Assembly (NCBI GenBank): GCA_963768055.1
Contig: CAVYGN010000002.1
Location: forward strand, 576,001-640,000
From: an uncultured Spirochaetota bacterium
GTDB lineage: Bacteria; Spirochaetota; Brevinematia; Brevinematales; JAOACQ01
Direction of reading: 5' to 3'
DNA length: 64,000 nt
A program made the position numbers and the translations under genes. Under the pieces are notes generated by a model, which searched no databases, was not told where the DNA came from, and was given only the letters and a program-made list of their open reading frames with translations. Of this stretch, positions 48,357-59,740 are shown one piece after another. How positions within the stretch are numbered: position 1 is the first letter of the stretch; each line of letters begins with the position of its first letter.

Positions 48357-49076
48357 TTATTCAATTTCCTCAACCTGGGTATCCGGCGTTTTACCCTTAT
48401 CAACAGGTTTTATCTGATCGAGTACACCTTCAATATCGATCAGAGGTTCGATGCCAGGGGTTTTGTTCGTTCCTGAATTCGTGTTTTCCGAGGGAAATAA
48501 TTTATTCTTTTCAAAATCGAAAGAACCGGATTTTAGAATGGCCAGCGCCCTGCGAATATTGTCACTTTGAGGGCCCTGGGGAGCCCTGTCAAGATAATCT
48601 TCCCATTCTTTTATAGTATCAGGTTTATCTTTAAGCCTATAATAGGCCATCCCTTTAAACCAGAAAGCCTGTACAAGGTTTGTATTCATCTGGTACGACC
48701 TTGATAGATAATCTATAGACGATTTATAATCCTTTTTTAAAAAATAAACATAACCAATATTATGCGTAATAACTGACTGAAACTCCTGATCGCTTGTCAA
48801 TTTATAGGACTCATTATACTGTTCAATAGCACCGTCATAATCTTCGGCATTGGCATAAGAATTTCCAAGCAGAAAATAAACCTTCGGATCCTTAAAACCA
48901 TCCTCGATAGCCTTTTTAAAGCTTCCGATTGCTAAAAGGAATTTCTTATCCGAATAATATTGCGTCCCTTTTATATAATTATCGTTTGCTTGACTGTATA
49001 TTATTGTAAAGGCAGCCGTTAAAAACAATACGGCTAAAAATGAATTTTTCGATATCAATTTAAATTGATACTTCAA
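48357..49076 (-). CDS. Exported TPR protein
   Basis: Signal-like N-terminus and about four TPRs. Confidence 0.85.
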   Translation of the reverse strand: MKYQFKLISKNSFLAVLFLTAAFTIIYSQANDNYIKGTQYYSDKKFLLAIGSFKKAIEDGFKDPKVYFLLGNSYANAEDYDGAIEQYNESYKLTSDQEFQSVITHNIGYVYFLKKDYKSSIDYLSRSYQMNTNLVQAFWFKGMAYYRLKDKPDTIKEWEDYLDRAPQGPQSDNIRRALAILKSGSFDFEKNKLFPSENTNSGTNKTPGIEPLIDIEGVLDQIKPVDKGKTPDTQVEEIE

Positions 49077-49176
49077 AAATTATCTCCAGTTTAATGATTT
49101 CAAACTATCCTACCTAAAATCTAACCATAATTCCTTTTATATCATAATAATTTTTTATAAAACAATTTTGGGTTTC

Positions 49177-50727
49177 TCAGTCATTGCCAAGCTTTTTTTC
49201 TATATCCTTGATTTTCAATTCGATCTCATTCATTTTTTCCACCGGCATAGTTTCGAAATCGAGATTCAAATTCAGCAATTCTTCTATTACAGCAATTTTT
49301 TTATCTATCCGGGTTATTGTCTCATTTACATCTCCGATTTTCTTAGCCTTGTCTTTCCTGTTTTCAACCTTTTCAGTATGCTGTTTATAAGCTCCGGAAA
49401 TTTCCTTGAATTCATTCTGCTGTTTCCTGATTAAATCCTCATAAAAAGACTTTAGTTTTGCAATTTTATCATTATACTGCTGTTCAAGCCTGCCGGCATC
49501 AGTTTTTAAACGGTTTAACTCTTCTGTATCGACAGTATTCGTTTTAACTGTATTTATATTATTTGTGATATTATATATATTGTTATTTATTTGCGGAATC
49601 ACTATCTCATTCGAATTTTGAAACGGATCCCCATAGGGATAAGCCGATTCAGGGGCTGATTTTTCCAGTCCTTTTTCCAGTCCCGATTTTTCCTGAATAC
49701 CGTTTACAGGCACTAACCCGTTAGAGACCAGGATATTTAATTTATCTATTACCGCATTTAGTTTTTCAAGTAAGTCAATTTCGTTCTTAAGAGAAACATT
49801 TTCCGGCGATGCGGGAATCACCGGGTATAAAGAAGCTGTATTTGAATTTGAAGCAAAAACGTTTTTAATTTCCATACTTACCTGATTTGAATTAAGAAAA
49901 ATAGGTGAAACTTTGTTCACTGATAAAACTGTCCCGAAAACAGATCCTTCTCCCTCATCTATTCTGATATTATTAAAATATACGGCAACAGCGGCGTCAG
50001 GATTTGAGTATACATAGTATTTAAAATGAGCCTGAGGGTCTATTTGATACCACAAATCATTCTCATTTAGTTTTTTCCAGTTCCCTATGATAAGTTTTTC
50101 GGGTTTTTGTTCATTGAGGTATGGATATATAAACAGACCGATCCCGAAAAAAGGCAGGTCCTGATCATAATATCCTGAAAATACGAAATCCGGCAAATTC
50201 TCACTATTAAACAGCCTGTCATACTCAATCTTTTCCTTATCTGAGAGATATAATGCCGGCTTTTTATTATTCTCCCCATAAACTGTGTCAAAGAGAAACT
50301 TCGCTCCGACATTTGCCCTGGACTTTCCCTCATTCGTCGCTTTAACAAGGCAGATAACCGAATTATTGCTTTGACTTTCCAGATTGGTAATAAGGTAAAT
50401 AATCGAGAATGCGATCGAATTTATCTTTAAATTATAAGAAATGGCATAATCGCCTATCCTTTCAGGTTTCAAAAAGGATAATTTGCCGATATCGCTCATA
50501 TGATAAGGTTTTCCATTAACTATCAGTGTAATATAGGATGTCGGGGGATGGTCTTTGAATAAAAGTTCTCTTAATTCTTCTGACGGAGGAGTGGGGTTTT
50601 CCGAATAAAAACATCCGGAATCATCATCAAGAAAAAAAGAAATAAGTTTGCCCGACAGGCTCTGAATTGTACAAAAAGAAATATTTATTGAAAACACAAG
50701 AATAAATAATCCGGTAAGAAATTTCAT
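49177..50727 (-). CDS. Exported hypothetical protein (beta-rich N-terminal domain, Asn-rich linker, C-terminal coiled coil)
   Basis: Signal peptide; long ORF in operon context. Confidence 0.8.
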   Translation of the reverse strand: MKFLTGLFILVFSINISFCTIQSLSGKLISFFLDDDSGCFYSENPTPPSEELRELLFKDHPPTSYITLIVNGKPYHMSDIGKLSFLKPERIGDYAISYNLKINSIAFSIIYLITNLESQSNNSVICLVKATNEGKSRANVGAKFLFDTVYGENNKKPALYLSDKEKIEYDRLFNSENLPDFVFSGYYDQDLPFFGIGLFIYPYLNEQKPEKLIIGNWKKLNENDLWYQIDPQAHFKYYVYSNPDAAVAVYFNNIRIDEGEGSVFGTVLSVNKVSPIFLNSNQVSMEIKNVFASNSNTASLYPVIPASPENVSLKNEIDLLEKLNAVIDKLNILVSNGLVPVNGIQEKSGLEKGLEKSAPESAYPYGDPFQNSNEIVIPQINNNIYNITNNINTVKTNTVDTEELNRLKTDAGRLEQQYNDKIAKLKSFYEDLIRKQQNEFKEISGAYKQHTEKVENRKDKAKKIGDVNETITRIDKKIAVIEELLNLNLDFETMPVEKMNEIELKIKDIEKKLGND

Positions 50728-50736
50728 CCGATTCCC

Positions 50737-51666
50737 CTAGCGGTTAGTTCCGTTTGTGCCGATGACCTGGCTTGAATTACTTATGTAATTAGTTTCATAA
50801 AGGATATACTCTTTTTCATCAATAGCCTTTTCTTTTAAATCCAGGAGCTTTGCTTTTAAATCGATTAATTCCATATATCTCTGGATCTCTTCCTTTTTCT
50901 TTTTATTCTCATCGGATAAACGTTTGATTATTTCCGCGTTCGTATCAGAGGTCAAGATATTACTGTTTATGACATTATTGGTTAAAATATTAGTGATAAA
51001 GTTCGTGAATGGGCCGTTTTCAGTATTCGAATAGATAATAACATTTGTCAGATCTACAATATTGGTTAATTTCTCCTGACCGTGCTTCACTTCGGAAACC
51101 GGAGGTCTGGTTAACAACCGGCTGTATTTCATCAATTCATTTTTCGCATCGGCATAATATGGACTCAAGGGATAATTCGATACAAGACATTCAAAAAATA
51201 CCGAGGCTTCAGGAAGCCGTTTTAAAAATCCGTAAGATTTTCCCGCATAATACAGAGCGGCATGACGCGCAGGGGAGTTTTTATATTGAATAGAAAATAT
51301 TTTAAAACTTTCAGCCGCCTTGTCCCAGAGTTTCTGCTTATAATAAATTTCCCCTTTCCCGAACAGGGCAGTCTTCCTGTCATTTTCATTCCTGGCATTA
51401 TTTTCCAGTATCGTATAACAGGCAATAGAGTTATCATAATCTTTCAGGATAAAGTATATCCTGGCTTTATCGATTACGGCGTTATTATAATAAACTGAAT
51501 CCGGAAATTTCCCGGTAAAACTATTGAATTCCTCTATGGCAGCGGAATATTTTTTTTGGGTGAGTAACTTTTCGGCAAGGTTGAAACTGGCTTCATCAAG
51601 ATCAAACCCCGCCGCTCTGTATGTAAAAAAAAAGATAAAAATAGAAATGATATATATACAGCGCAC
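50737..51666 (-). CDS. Exported TPR protein (BamD/YbgF-like repeats) with Thr-Asn-rich tail
   Basis: AIEEFNSFTGKFPDS, YPLSPYYADA TPR patterns; signal peptide. Confidence 0.8.
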   Translation of the reverse strand: MRCIYIISIFIFFFTYRAAGFDLDEASFNLAEKLLTQKKYSAAIEEFNSFTGKFPDSVYYNNAVIDKARIYFILKDYDNSIACYTILENNARNENDRKTALFGKGEIYYKQKLWDKAAESFKIFSIQYKNSPARHAALYYAGKSYGFLKRLPEASVFFECLVSNYPLSPYYADAKNELMKYSRLLTRPPVSEVKHGQEKLTNIVDLTNVIIYSNTENGPFTNFITNILTNNVINSNILTSDTNAEIIKRLSDENKKKKEEIQRYMELIDLKAKLLDLKEKAIDEKEYILYETNYISNSSQVIGTNGTNR

Positions 51667-51820
51667 TTTTTTACTCCAATTTAATACTTCTTTCTTTATT
51701 ATATATTATCTACATTTTTATGAAAAATATTAATTTATATGATATCAAGACCTTCGACTACAAACTGCCGAAAGTGGAAAATAATTTTAAATTAATTTAT
51801 TATGTTTATTAATTATACTT

Positions 51821-53062
51821 TTGAGGAAGACAATGACAATAAAACCTTTCCCGGGATTGCGCCCCGATAAAAAATATGCGACTCTCCTTAATGTGCCTCC
51901 TTATGACGTAGTATCTCTCTCCGAAGTAAGGAATGCCGTGAAGGACAACCCCTTTTCATTTTTTCATGTGACACGGGCTGAAGTTGATATTAAAGGTCTG
52001 GATAACGAATACTCTGCTATGGTTTATTCTAAAGCAAGAGAGAATTTCGAGTCTTTTATCAGGAAAAATATTCTGATCAAAGATCCTGATGATTTTTTTT
52101 ATCTTCTTTCACAGACCTGGAAAGGAAAAACGCAAATCGGCCTTTACGCAGCCGTATCCTGCAAAGAATACGAGGATAACCTGATAAAAAAACATGAACT
52201 TACCAGGATGGAAAAGGAAATAGACAGAACAAACCATATAAAGACCGTTAAAGCCGATACAGGCCCTGTTTTTCTCGCTTTTGAAGATAATGCTGAGGAA
52301 AAGAGCGGTTATTTAAACCTGTTAAAGCTTATTTTTGAGAAACTGCCGGTTTATGATTTTATAGATGAGAACAACGTTGAAAACAAGCTCTGGGTTGTCA
52401 AAAACAAACATGATATTAAAGAACTGCAGGATTATTTCCAAAAGATAGGCTCTTTTTATATCGCCGATGGTCACCACAGGGCCGCATCCGCTGTTAATGC
52501 CTGGAAAGAGGATAAAGAAGGGAAAAATGAGACTTCCAGTTATTTTATGGCTGTTATTTTTCCTGCCTCGCAATTGAATATACTGCCATATAACAGATTG
52601 GCGGTGGATCTTAACGGTTTTAAACCGGGAGAACTTCTTGATAAAATCAGGAAAAGTTTCAATATCAATCGGGACGATACGATAAATCCCGAAAGAAAAG
52701 GAATTATCGGAATTTACTTCAATAAAACAAATTATCTTTTAACCCTTAAAGATAATTTAATCCAGGATGACCCCCTGGAATCGCTTGATGTTTCCATCCT
52801 CCAGAAATTTATCCTCGCCCCGATTTTCGGCATCGACGATCCGCGTACCTCCGGCAGGTTGATTTTTACAGGAGGAAACAGGGAATCGGAATATCTTGTT
52901 AACAAAGTGAATAAGGGTGAGGCTATGGCCGCTTTTTCATTATTTCCGGTAAAAATTGACGATTTAATAAAAATTACCAAATCTTCCCGCTTGATGCCCC
53001 CAAAATCCACCTGGTTTGAGCCTAAACTAAGGGACGGACTTGTTGTCTATTCCCTGGAATAA
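51821..53062 (+). CDS. DUF1015 family protein
   Basis: [40 protein letters not shown]. Confidence 0.92.
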   Translation: MRKTMTIKPFPGLRPDKKYATLLNVPPYDVVSLSEVRNAVKDNPFSFFHVTRAEVDIKGLDNEYSAMVYSKARENFESFIRKNILIKDPDDFFYLLSQTWKGKTQIGLYAAVSCKEYEDNLIKKHELTRMEKEIDRTNHIKTVKADTGPVFLAFEDNAEEKSGYLNLLKLIFEKLPVYDFIDENNVENKLWVVKNKHDIKELQDYFQKIGSFYIADGHHRAASAVNAWKEDKEGKNETSSYFMAVIFPASQLNILPYNRLAVDLNGFKPGELLDKIRKSFNINRDDTINPERKGIIGIYFNKTNYLLTLKDNLIQDDPLESLDVSILQKFILAPIFGIDDPRTSGRLIFTGGNRESEYLVNKVNKGEAMAAFSLFPVKIDDLIKITKSSRLMPPKSTWFEPKLRDGLVVYSLE

Positions 53063-54852
53063 AGCCTTTTTTCAAGGGCATCCAGTTCTTTTGAAAGTTC
53101 AACGGGAAGCCTGTCGCCGAAACGGGAAAAATGAGTTTTAATATCAGGTATCTCATTCTTCCATTCTTCCGGGTCAACTGTCAATAGTTCTTTTATATCT
53201 TTGGTGGTCATATTGAGTGAACTTAAATCCAGAGCGTCGCTTGAAGGTATATAACCGATAGGTGTCTTTACTGCTTTACCTTCCCCATCCCCGGTGACCC
53301 TTTCATAAACCCACTTCAGTACCCGGCTGTTATCTCCGTAACCCGGCCAGAGCCATTTCCCTTCATTATTCTTTCTGAACCAGTTGACTGTAAATATTTT
53401 AGGGAGTTTGACGGCTTCGGATTTCTTGCCGATTTCTATCCAATGTTTGAAATAATCCCCCATATTGTATCCGCAGAAAGGAAGCATTGCAAAAGGGTCC
53501 CTCCTGAACTGGCCCACAGCCCCGGCTGCCGCCGCTGTAGTCTCACTTCCCATAATCGAACCGAGAAAAACACCATGATTCCAATTGAAAGATTCATGAA
53601 TAAGGGGAACGACCGATGAACGCCTGCCTCCGAAAAGGAAAGCCGATATCGGTACACCTTCCGGATTTTCCCATTCCGGATCTATCACAGGACATTGAGA
53701 AGCTGGGGCCGTAAATCTCGCATTAGGGTGAGCCGCTTTTTTATTACCGGAAGGGGTCCATGAATTCCCGTTCCAATCTGTAAGGCTTGAGGGAATTTCA
53801 TCGTTCATATCCTCCCACCAGACATCACCGTCCGGGGTTAAGGCCGTATTCGTAAAAATAGAATTCTTTGCGAGAGTAAGCATCGCGTTTGGATTAGACC
53901 TCATTGAAGTTCCCGGGGCCACCCCGAAGAAACCGGCTTCGGGATTTATTGCATAAAGGCGTCCATCTATACCGAATTTCATCCAGGCGATATCGTCACC
54001 CACGCATTCGACTTTCCAGCCCGGTAGAGTCGGTATAAGCATCGCGAGGTTTGTTTTCCCGCAAGAGCTTGGAAATGCCGCGGCTATATATTTTTTTTCG
54101 CCTCCGGGAGGTGTAATACCCAGAATAAGCATATGCTCGGCTAACCAGCCGTCATTTCTAGCCATAACTGATGCTATTCTTAGAGAAAAGCATTTCTTGC
54201 CCAGAAGGGCATTGCCTCCATAGCCGGAACCGTAAGACCAGACCGTCTTTTCTTCGGGAAAATGAACAATATATTTATTTTCAGAGTTGCAGGGCCATGG
54301 TACATCTTTTTCCCCCGGTTTGAGTGGTTTCCCGACCGAATGCAGGCATGGCACAAAATCCCCGTCGCCGAGGGCTTCAAGTACCTTTTTACCCATCCTT
54401 GTCATAATTCTCATGTTGCAGACAACATAAGCCGAATCTGTAATTTCAATACCTATATGGGAGATAGGTGAGCCTACAGGACCCATGCTATATGGTATTA
54501 TATACATGATCCTTCCCTTCATGCAGCCCCTGTAAAGGTTTTGCATAATTATTTTCATATGAGAGGGATCTTTCCAGTTATTCGTAGGACCAGCGTCAAT
54601 TTGATTTCGGGAACAGATAAAGGTCCTGTCTTCAACCCTCGCGACATCACTAACATCAGATCTGGCATAATAACTATTAGGCCTTTTCTCTGAATTTAAC
54701 TTAATAAAGGTCCCGTTTTTGACAAGAATGTCTGCAAGACGGTTATATTCTTCATCAGTACCATCGCACCAGTATATCTCATCAGGCTGACAAAGGGTAA
54801 CAATCTCTTTAACCCATTCAATCAGTTTTATATTCCGCGTAGGATATGTCAT
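53047..54852 (-). CDS. pckG: Phosphoenolpyruvate carboxykinase (GTP)
   Basis: [42 protein letters not shown]; start moved to ATG 54852 with AAGGAG RBS. Confidence 0.96.
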   Translation of the reverse strand: MTYPTRNIKLIEWVKEIVTLCQPDEIYWCDGTDEEYNRLADILVKNGTFIKLNSEKRPNSYYARSDVSDVARVEDRTFICSRNQIDAGPTNNWKDPSHMKIIMQNLYRGCMKGRIMYIIPYSMGPVGSPISHIGIEITDSAYVVCNMRIMTRMGKKVLEALGDGDFVPCLHSVGKPLKPGEKDVPWPCNSENKYIVHFPEEKTVWSYGSGYGGNALLGKKCFSLRIASVMARNDGWLAEHMLILGITPPGGEKKYIAAAFPSSCGKTNLAMLIPTLPGWKVECVGDDIAWMKFGIDGRLYAINPEAGFFGVAPGTSMRSNPNAMLTLAKNSIFTNTALTPDGDVWWEDMNDEIPSSLTDWNGNSWTPSGNKKAAHPNARFTAPASQCPVIDPEWENPEGVPISAFLFGGRRSSVVPLIHESFNWNHGVFLGSIMGSETTAAAAGAVGQFRRDPFAMLPFCGYNMGDYFKHWIEIGKKSEAVKLPKIFTVNWFRKNNEGKWLWPGYGDNSRVLKWVYERVTGDGEGKAVKTPIGYIPSSDALDLSSLNMTTKDIKELLTVDPEEWKNEIPDIKTHFSRFGDRLPVELSKELDALEKRLYSRE

Positions 54853-55120
54853 TATCACACTCCTTCCAGTTATTGCCTCATAATTAAAGCGAAAAATTAT
54901 ATCATTAATTTTATATATTGGCAATTCCGGAGGGTCGACTCAATTATAATATTTTATGTGTGAAGTAAATTTAACTTCGAACAAAAGCATTATAATTTGA
55001 GATCTTGAAGGAATACTGAGGGTCATACAAAACTCTTGCTTTCCATTGTATTTCATCTTGAAAATAGAATATTTTTTGAAGAAAATCATTTATTATTCTA
55101 TCATTAAACCCTGAATATCA

Positions 55121-57286
55121 ATGTATGAATTAATTTCAGCCCGGGAGCTTTGCATGTACCGTTTGGAACATAAAACAAAAAAGAAAATATCAAAGGGTAT
55201 GTTTTACCCTATGGGCGCTAATCTTACTCCTGAAGGTGTTAATTTTGCAATATATTCAGAGCATGCCCATGAGGTATATCTATTATTATTCGATAAACCC
55301 TCGGGAATGCCGACCGATATAATACGCATAGAAGAAAAAACTAAAAATATCAGGCACTGCTTTGTTCATGGGATTAAAGCCGATCAGCTTTACGCTTATA
55401 AAGTCACAGGCGATTATAACCCTCAGGCAGGTTTGAGGTTTAATTCTAATAAACTCCTGATAGACCCTTACGCAAAGGCATTCACACATAAGTTTTGCAA
55501 TAAAGATAATCTGCTCCTGGCCTACGATCCGAATTCAAGCGGCAAGGACCTCTCGTTCGACTGCCGCGATAATACCGATATTGTCCCCAAGGGCATAGTA
55601 ATAGACGATTCTTTTGACTGGCATGGCGATAAACTCCTGGAAATACCATTCGATAAACTGATCATTTATGAAGCTCACATCAGGGGTTTTACAGCCCATT
55701 CTTCATCAGCAGTTAAAAACCCCGGAACGTTCCTGTCATTCATAGAAAAAATTACTTACCTTAAAGGGCTCGGTATAAACGCTGTGGAATTATTGCCTAT
55801 CCAGGAATTTTACACTGAAGATTTCCTTGTGGATAAAAAACTTACAAATTACTGGGGTTATAACACATCAGGATTTTTCGCACCGGAACTGACTTACGGA
55901 TCACAAAAACATCCGGGATGCCAGGTGAACGAATTCAAGACCTTGATCAGGGAACTGCATAAAGCCGGAATAGAGATCATCCTGGACGTGGTATATAATC
56001 ATACTGCTGAAAGCAACGAGTTAGGTCCGACTATTTCTTTCAGGGGAATAGATAATCCAACTTATTATTACCTAACAGGAGATTCCGCCGGCCCAAAACG
56101 TTCATATGTCAATCTTACAGGCTGCGGCAATACGGTAAACCTTACAAAACCTCCTGTAATCCGCCTGGTTATGGATTCCCTTCGATACTGGGCCGAAATG
56201 ATGCATATAGACGGTTTCCGATTCGATCTGGCTTCGGTTCTCGGAAGGGAAGGAGGAATGTTCCAAAAATCGGCCTCCTTTTTCGATGCTATATCCCAAG
56301 ACCCCGTTCTCTCTCATGTCAAATTGATAGCCGAACCCTGGGACCTTGGAACCTACCAGGTTGGCAATTTTCCTATAGATTGGGCGGAATGGAACGGTAA
56401 ATACCGGGATACGGCAAGAAAATTTATGAAAGGGGACAGGGGGCAGGTGGGAGATATGGCTAAGCGCATCACAGGTTCCGCCGATCTTTATGGAGATGAC
56501 GGAAGATCGGCATACAATAGTATTAATTTCATATCCTGTCATGACGGTTTTACACTTTTCGATCTTGTTTCATATAACAGCAAACATAATGAAGATAATC
56601 TGGACAACAACAAAGACGGTGCAAATGAAAACAATTCATGGAATTGCGGCTTTGAAGGTGAAACAAAAGACCCTACAGTCAATAATTTACGTAATAAAAT
56701 GATAAAAAATTATTTGTCTCTCGTTTGTTTTTCACTTGGCACTCCTATGATCATGGCGGGGGATGAATTTTTGAGAACACAGGGGGGAAATAACAACGCT
56801 TATTGCCAGGATAATGCAATAAGCTGGATCGATTGGAGATTGGCCGAACATAACATTAAAATGATTGAATTTTTCAGAAAAGCAGTCGCATTCAGGAGAA
56901 TGTATACTATACTGCAGAGAAAAAAATTTTTCAACGGCCTTGACAATAACCGCAATGATAAACCCGATTGTGCATGGTACGACCAGGATTTAAAAACACC
57001 GGACTGGAATAATCAGGACCTGAAGTTTTTAAGCTACGAACTTGACGGGAGCGAAGAAAAATCGGATATTGGAGAATATTTTATTTTTTTTATACTTAAC
57101 GCCGACGACAGAAATATTAAAAGCCGCTTACCCGTGCTTGGCAAAGGGATGAAGTGGCATAAAATAGCGGATACAAGCTTATCCGCCGGAAATGATTTTA
57201 TTGAAAAAGGGAGGGAAATCCCGCTGGAAAAGCAGGACGAGTATCTATCGGCCTCCAGATCAATAGTGTTATTGCTCGGGAAATAA
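55121..57286 (+). CDS. glgX: Glycogen debranching enzyme (isoamylase, GH13)
   Basis: NYWGY, DVVYNHT, DGFRFDLA, IAEPWD, HDGFTL, GNNNAYCQDN. Confidence 0.96.
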   Translation: MYELISARELCMYRLEHKTKKKISKGMFYPMGANLTPEGVNFAIYSEHAHEVYLLLFDKPSGMPTDIIRIEEKTKNIRHCFVHGIKADQLYAYKVTGDYNPQAGLRFNSNKLLIDPYAKAFTHKFCNKDNLLLAYDPNSSGKDLSFDCRDNTDIVPKGIVIDDSFDWHGDKLLEIPFDKLIIYEAHIRGFTAHSSSAVKNPGTFLSFIEKITYLKGLGINAVELLPIQEFYTEDFLVDKKLTNYWGYNTSGFFAPELTYGSQKHPGCQVNEFKTLIRELHKAGIEIILDVVYNHTAESNELGPTISFRGIDNPTYYYLTGDSAGPKRSYVNLTGCGNTVNLTKPPVIRLVMDSLRYWAEMMHIDGFRFDLASVLGREGGMFQKSASFFDAISQDPVLSHVKLIAEPWDLGTYQVGNFPIDWAEWNGKYRDTARKFMKGDRGQVGDMAKRITGSADLYGDDGRSAYNSINFISCHDGFTLFDLVSYNSKHNEDNLDNNKDGANENNSWNCGFEGETKDPTVNNLRNKMIKNYLSLVCFSLGTPMIMAGDEFLRTQGGNNNAYCQDNAISWIDWRLAEHNIKMIEFFRKAVAFRRMYTILQRKKFFNGLDNNRNDKPDCAWYDQDLKTPDWNNQDLKFLSYELDGSEEKSDIGEYFIFFILNADDRNIKSRLPVLGKGMKWHKIADTSLSAGNDFIEKGREIPLEKQDEYLSASRSIVLLLGK

Positions 57287-57294
57287 CTTCTAAC

Positions 57295-58632
57295 CTAATC
57301 GAACTCGTCCTGAAAATTAAATGCAAAATAAAAATAGCGGTCAAAAGACTCTCCAGCCAATAAATACGGTAGAATTGCTCCGAAATCCAGCCTTATGCAG
57401 GAGTCAGACCCTCCGAAATATTTCGGATAAAAACGCAGCCCGAACCCCGCTGTAATAATTGACGAACCATTCTCTAAGCCCTGGTTCGATAAAATACCAT
57501 CCCCGGCATCAATGAAAAGGGGCAGGTAAAAATCCAGATCAGTCGGCCAGGTTATTGTAAACAGGTAAGGCCGGAATTCAAAATTTCCATACATTAGATA
57601 ATTCCCGCGGATTTGACCGAGACTTACGCCCCTGGCTTCATCAGAAGTAAGGAGGAGTTCTTCAATCGAACTAGATTGAAAGTCGGCGCGTATAGCAATT
57701 CCGCTCTTTTCCCAGAAACGAAAATACTCATCGGCGCGAAGTTCCGTCTGGAAGCCGGATGACAGAGGGGAAACAGCCACCTTAAGCCTGTAAAAATGCC
57801 CCCATATCGCCCCGAGATCATAATTTACGATTCCTTCCTCTACCCCGATCCCGGGGTAAAAGGATAAACCATTAATAACATTCTGACCTTCATTATTTAT
57901 CATAACCTCGTTTGTTTCAAATTGAAGACCTGAATCGATAAAGACAGTCCATTGCGAATTGCTTTCCCTGAATTTTCTATCAACCCTTATATAATTACTG
58001 AAAGAAGTATGAAGGGCTTTGTATGAAAGATCCCCATTCGAATCATAAATGGTATCGTAATATTGAAGGTATGAAATTGAGAACGCTGTATTAAAATATG
58101 AACCAAAGACCCTGGGGTAACTATACTGAATGGAAACATCCTGATAATCGGGTATGCTTTCGTAATTATAATCAATTTCAAGGGTTTGATTCAATCCGAC
58201 CAGATTTTCCTCACTAACACTGACCATTATGCTCGATCCTATCTTGTTGTCATAATAATAAAAAGGGATGGGAAAAAGAGTCCATTTGTCATTTGCAGTC
58301 ACAACAACATCTGCCGACATCCCATTAGTCATTTTATAATCGATATTGACATCGCCGAATATGCCTAAATTTTTAAGGTTTTGAACACTATTCGAGATTT
58401 CTTCTTCAAATACTTTTCTTTCGTAAGTTTTCCCATTAGTAAAATCCAATTCCTGGATGATAATAAAATCTTTTGTCCTAGTATTGCTGACCACGTTTAT
58501 TGACGATACCGTAATCCCCTCGGCGTATAAATCAAGGCTGAAAAACCACGAAAAAAAAACAGGAATCAAATAGAACAACTTCACTATAAAATCCTTGGAT
58601 ATATGAAATAATACCAAATCCTTCTTAACCAT
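57295..58632 (-). CDS. POTRA plus beta-barrel outer-membrane protein (Omp85-like)
   Basis: NTRTKD.II.QEL...LKNLGIF.DV POTRA pattern, E.NLVG, GFGLRF, near-terminal Phe. Confidence 0.75.
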   Translation of the reverse strand: MVKKDLVLFHISKDFIVKLFYLIPVFFSWFFSLDLYAEGITVSSINVVSNTRTKDFIIIQELDFTNGKTYERKVFEEEISNSVQNLKNLGIFGDVNIDYKMTNGMSADVVVTANDKWTLFPIPFYYYDNKIGSSIMVSVSEENLVGLNQTLEIDYNYESIPDYQDVSIQYSYPRVFGSYFNTAFSISYLQYYDTIYDSNGDLSYKALHTSFSNYIRVDRKFRESNSQWTVFIDSGLQFETNEVMINNEGQNVINGLSFYPGIGVEEGIVNYDLGAIWGHFYRLKVAVSPLSSGFQTELRADEYFRFWEKSGIAIRADFQSSSIEELLLTSDEARGVSLGQIRGNYLMYGNFEFRPYLFTITWPTDLDFYLPLFIDAGDGILSNQGLENGSSIITAGFGLRFYPKYFGGSDSCIRLDFGAILPYLLAGESFDRYFYFAFNFQDEFD

Positions 58633-58774
58633 CTATAGTGGGAAGCCAGGGCTGAATGAATTGACGAATGCTCCTTATATTCCACTCCGAATTTCTTGCG
58701 GTACAAATGGACTCAGATCCTCCCATTTGCAACGGGGGGCACAGACTAAAGAATTTTGGAAAGAAACTTTGGAT

Positions 58775-59713
58775 TCACAAAAATTTCTTTATCGCTTCAA
58801 TTACATTCTCCGGCTTTTCGGCATAAACCATATGACCGGCTTCATCGACAATGATAATTTTGCTGTTTTTAATGTCCCGGTGAAAATTTTCAGCCGCCGC
58901 AGGGTCGATCAATTTATCGTCCCTGCCCCATATGATCAAAGCTGGCGCCGTTATTTTCGATAAATCCTTAATCAAAATATCATTTCCGTATTTCGTCAAA
59001 CCGGTAAAAAGTTTTTTATTTAATTCATAATTTCCAGTATTATAATCCGAATAGAATTTCAGAAATTGCCCCGGTACGTTTTGAGGCTTAAACATTGAAT
59101 ACTTCAATAATTGCCTATATTCTTCAGGGGTCCTGAATAACAACAGATTCGTACCGGTTTGCCTGAAATATTTATCGAATTCGCTTTCAACATTAGCGGC
59201 GCCGTAAGAGTCGATCAATATGAGCTTAGCCACTTTTTCAGGGTTATTCGCGCAATATTCGCAGGATATCGCACCTCCCATGGAAAAACCGATCAAACTG
59301 AACCGGTTTAAATTCAGAGCGCCGATAAATTTTTCAAACCTGCCCACCTGGGTTAACAGATCGTAATCGCCATCGGGTTTACCGCTTTCGCCGAATCCAG
59401 GTATATCGGGAATTATGATCCTGTAGTCGCCACTGAAACTCTTCGGAAGTTTTCCCCAGAAATCCTTATTCAGGCCGAATCCATGTATAAAAACCAGGAT
59501 TTCTTTATTCTGCAAAGAGTTATCGAGATAAACCCATTTTTGATCCCCGATCTTTAGTTCATGTAATTTTAAATCCGCGCCGCTTCGGTTCATTTGATTA
59601 TTAAAATAGATCATTACGCCCGGGAAATTAAAAAATATTATCACTAAGGTTAAAATTAAAATCGAGATGATAGAAATAACTGCGATCAAAATATTCCTTA
59701 TAATTTTCTTCAT
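58775..59713 (-). CDS. Alpha/beta hydrolase (lipase-like) with N-terminal anchor
   Basis: HGFG, DIPGFGES, GFSMGG nucleophile elbow, WG.DD, AGH. Confidence 0.92.
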   Translation of the reverse strand: MKKIIRNILIAVISIISILILTLVIIFFNFPGVMIYFNNQMNRSGADLKLHELKIGDQKWVYLDNSLQNKEILVFIHGFGLNKDFWGKLPKSFSGDYRIIIPDIPGFGESGKPDGDYDLLTQVGRFEKFIGALNLNRFSLIGFSMGGAISCEYCANNPEKVAKLILIDSYGAANVESEFDKYFRQTGTNLLLFRTPEEYRQLLKYSMFKPQNVPGQFLKFYSDYNTGNYELNKKLFTGLTKYGNDILIKDLSKITAPALIIWGRDDKLIDPAAAENFHRDIKNSKIIIVDEAGHMVYAEKPENVIEAIKKFL

Positions 59714-59740
59714 AATTAATTACCTTCCTATTTATCCGTA

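Noticed and set aside
49661..49693. Tandem TTTTCCAGTCC repeat
   Set aside because: Simple in-frame duplication (GLEK twice) in a linker
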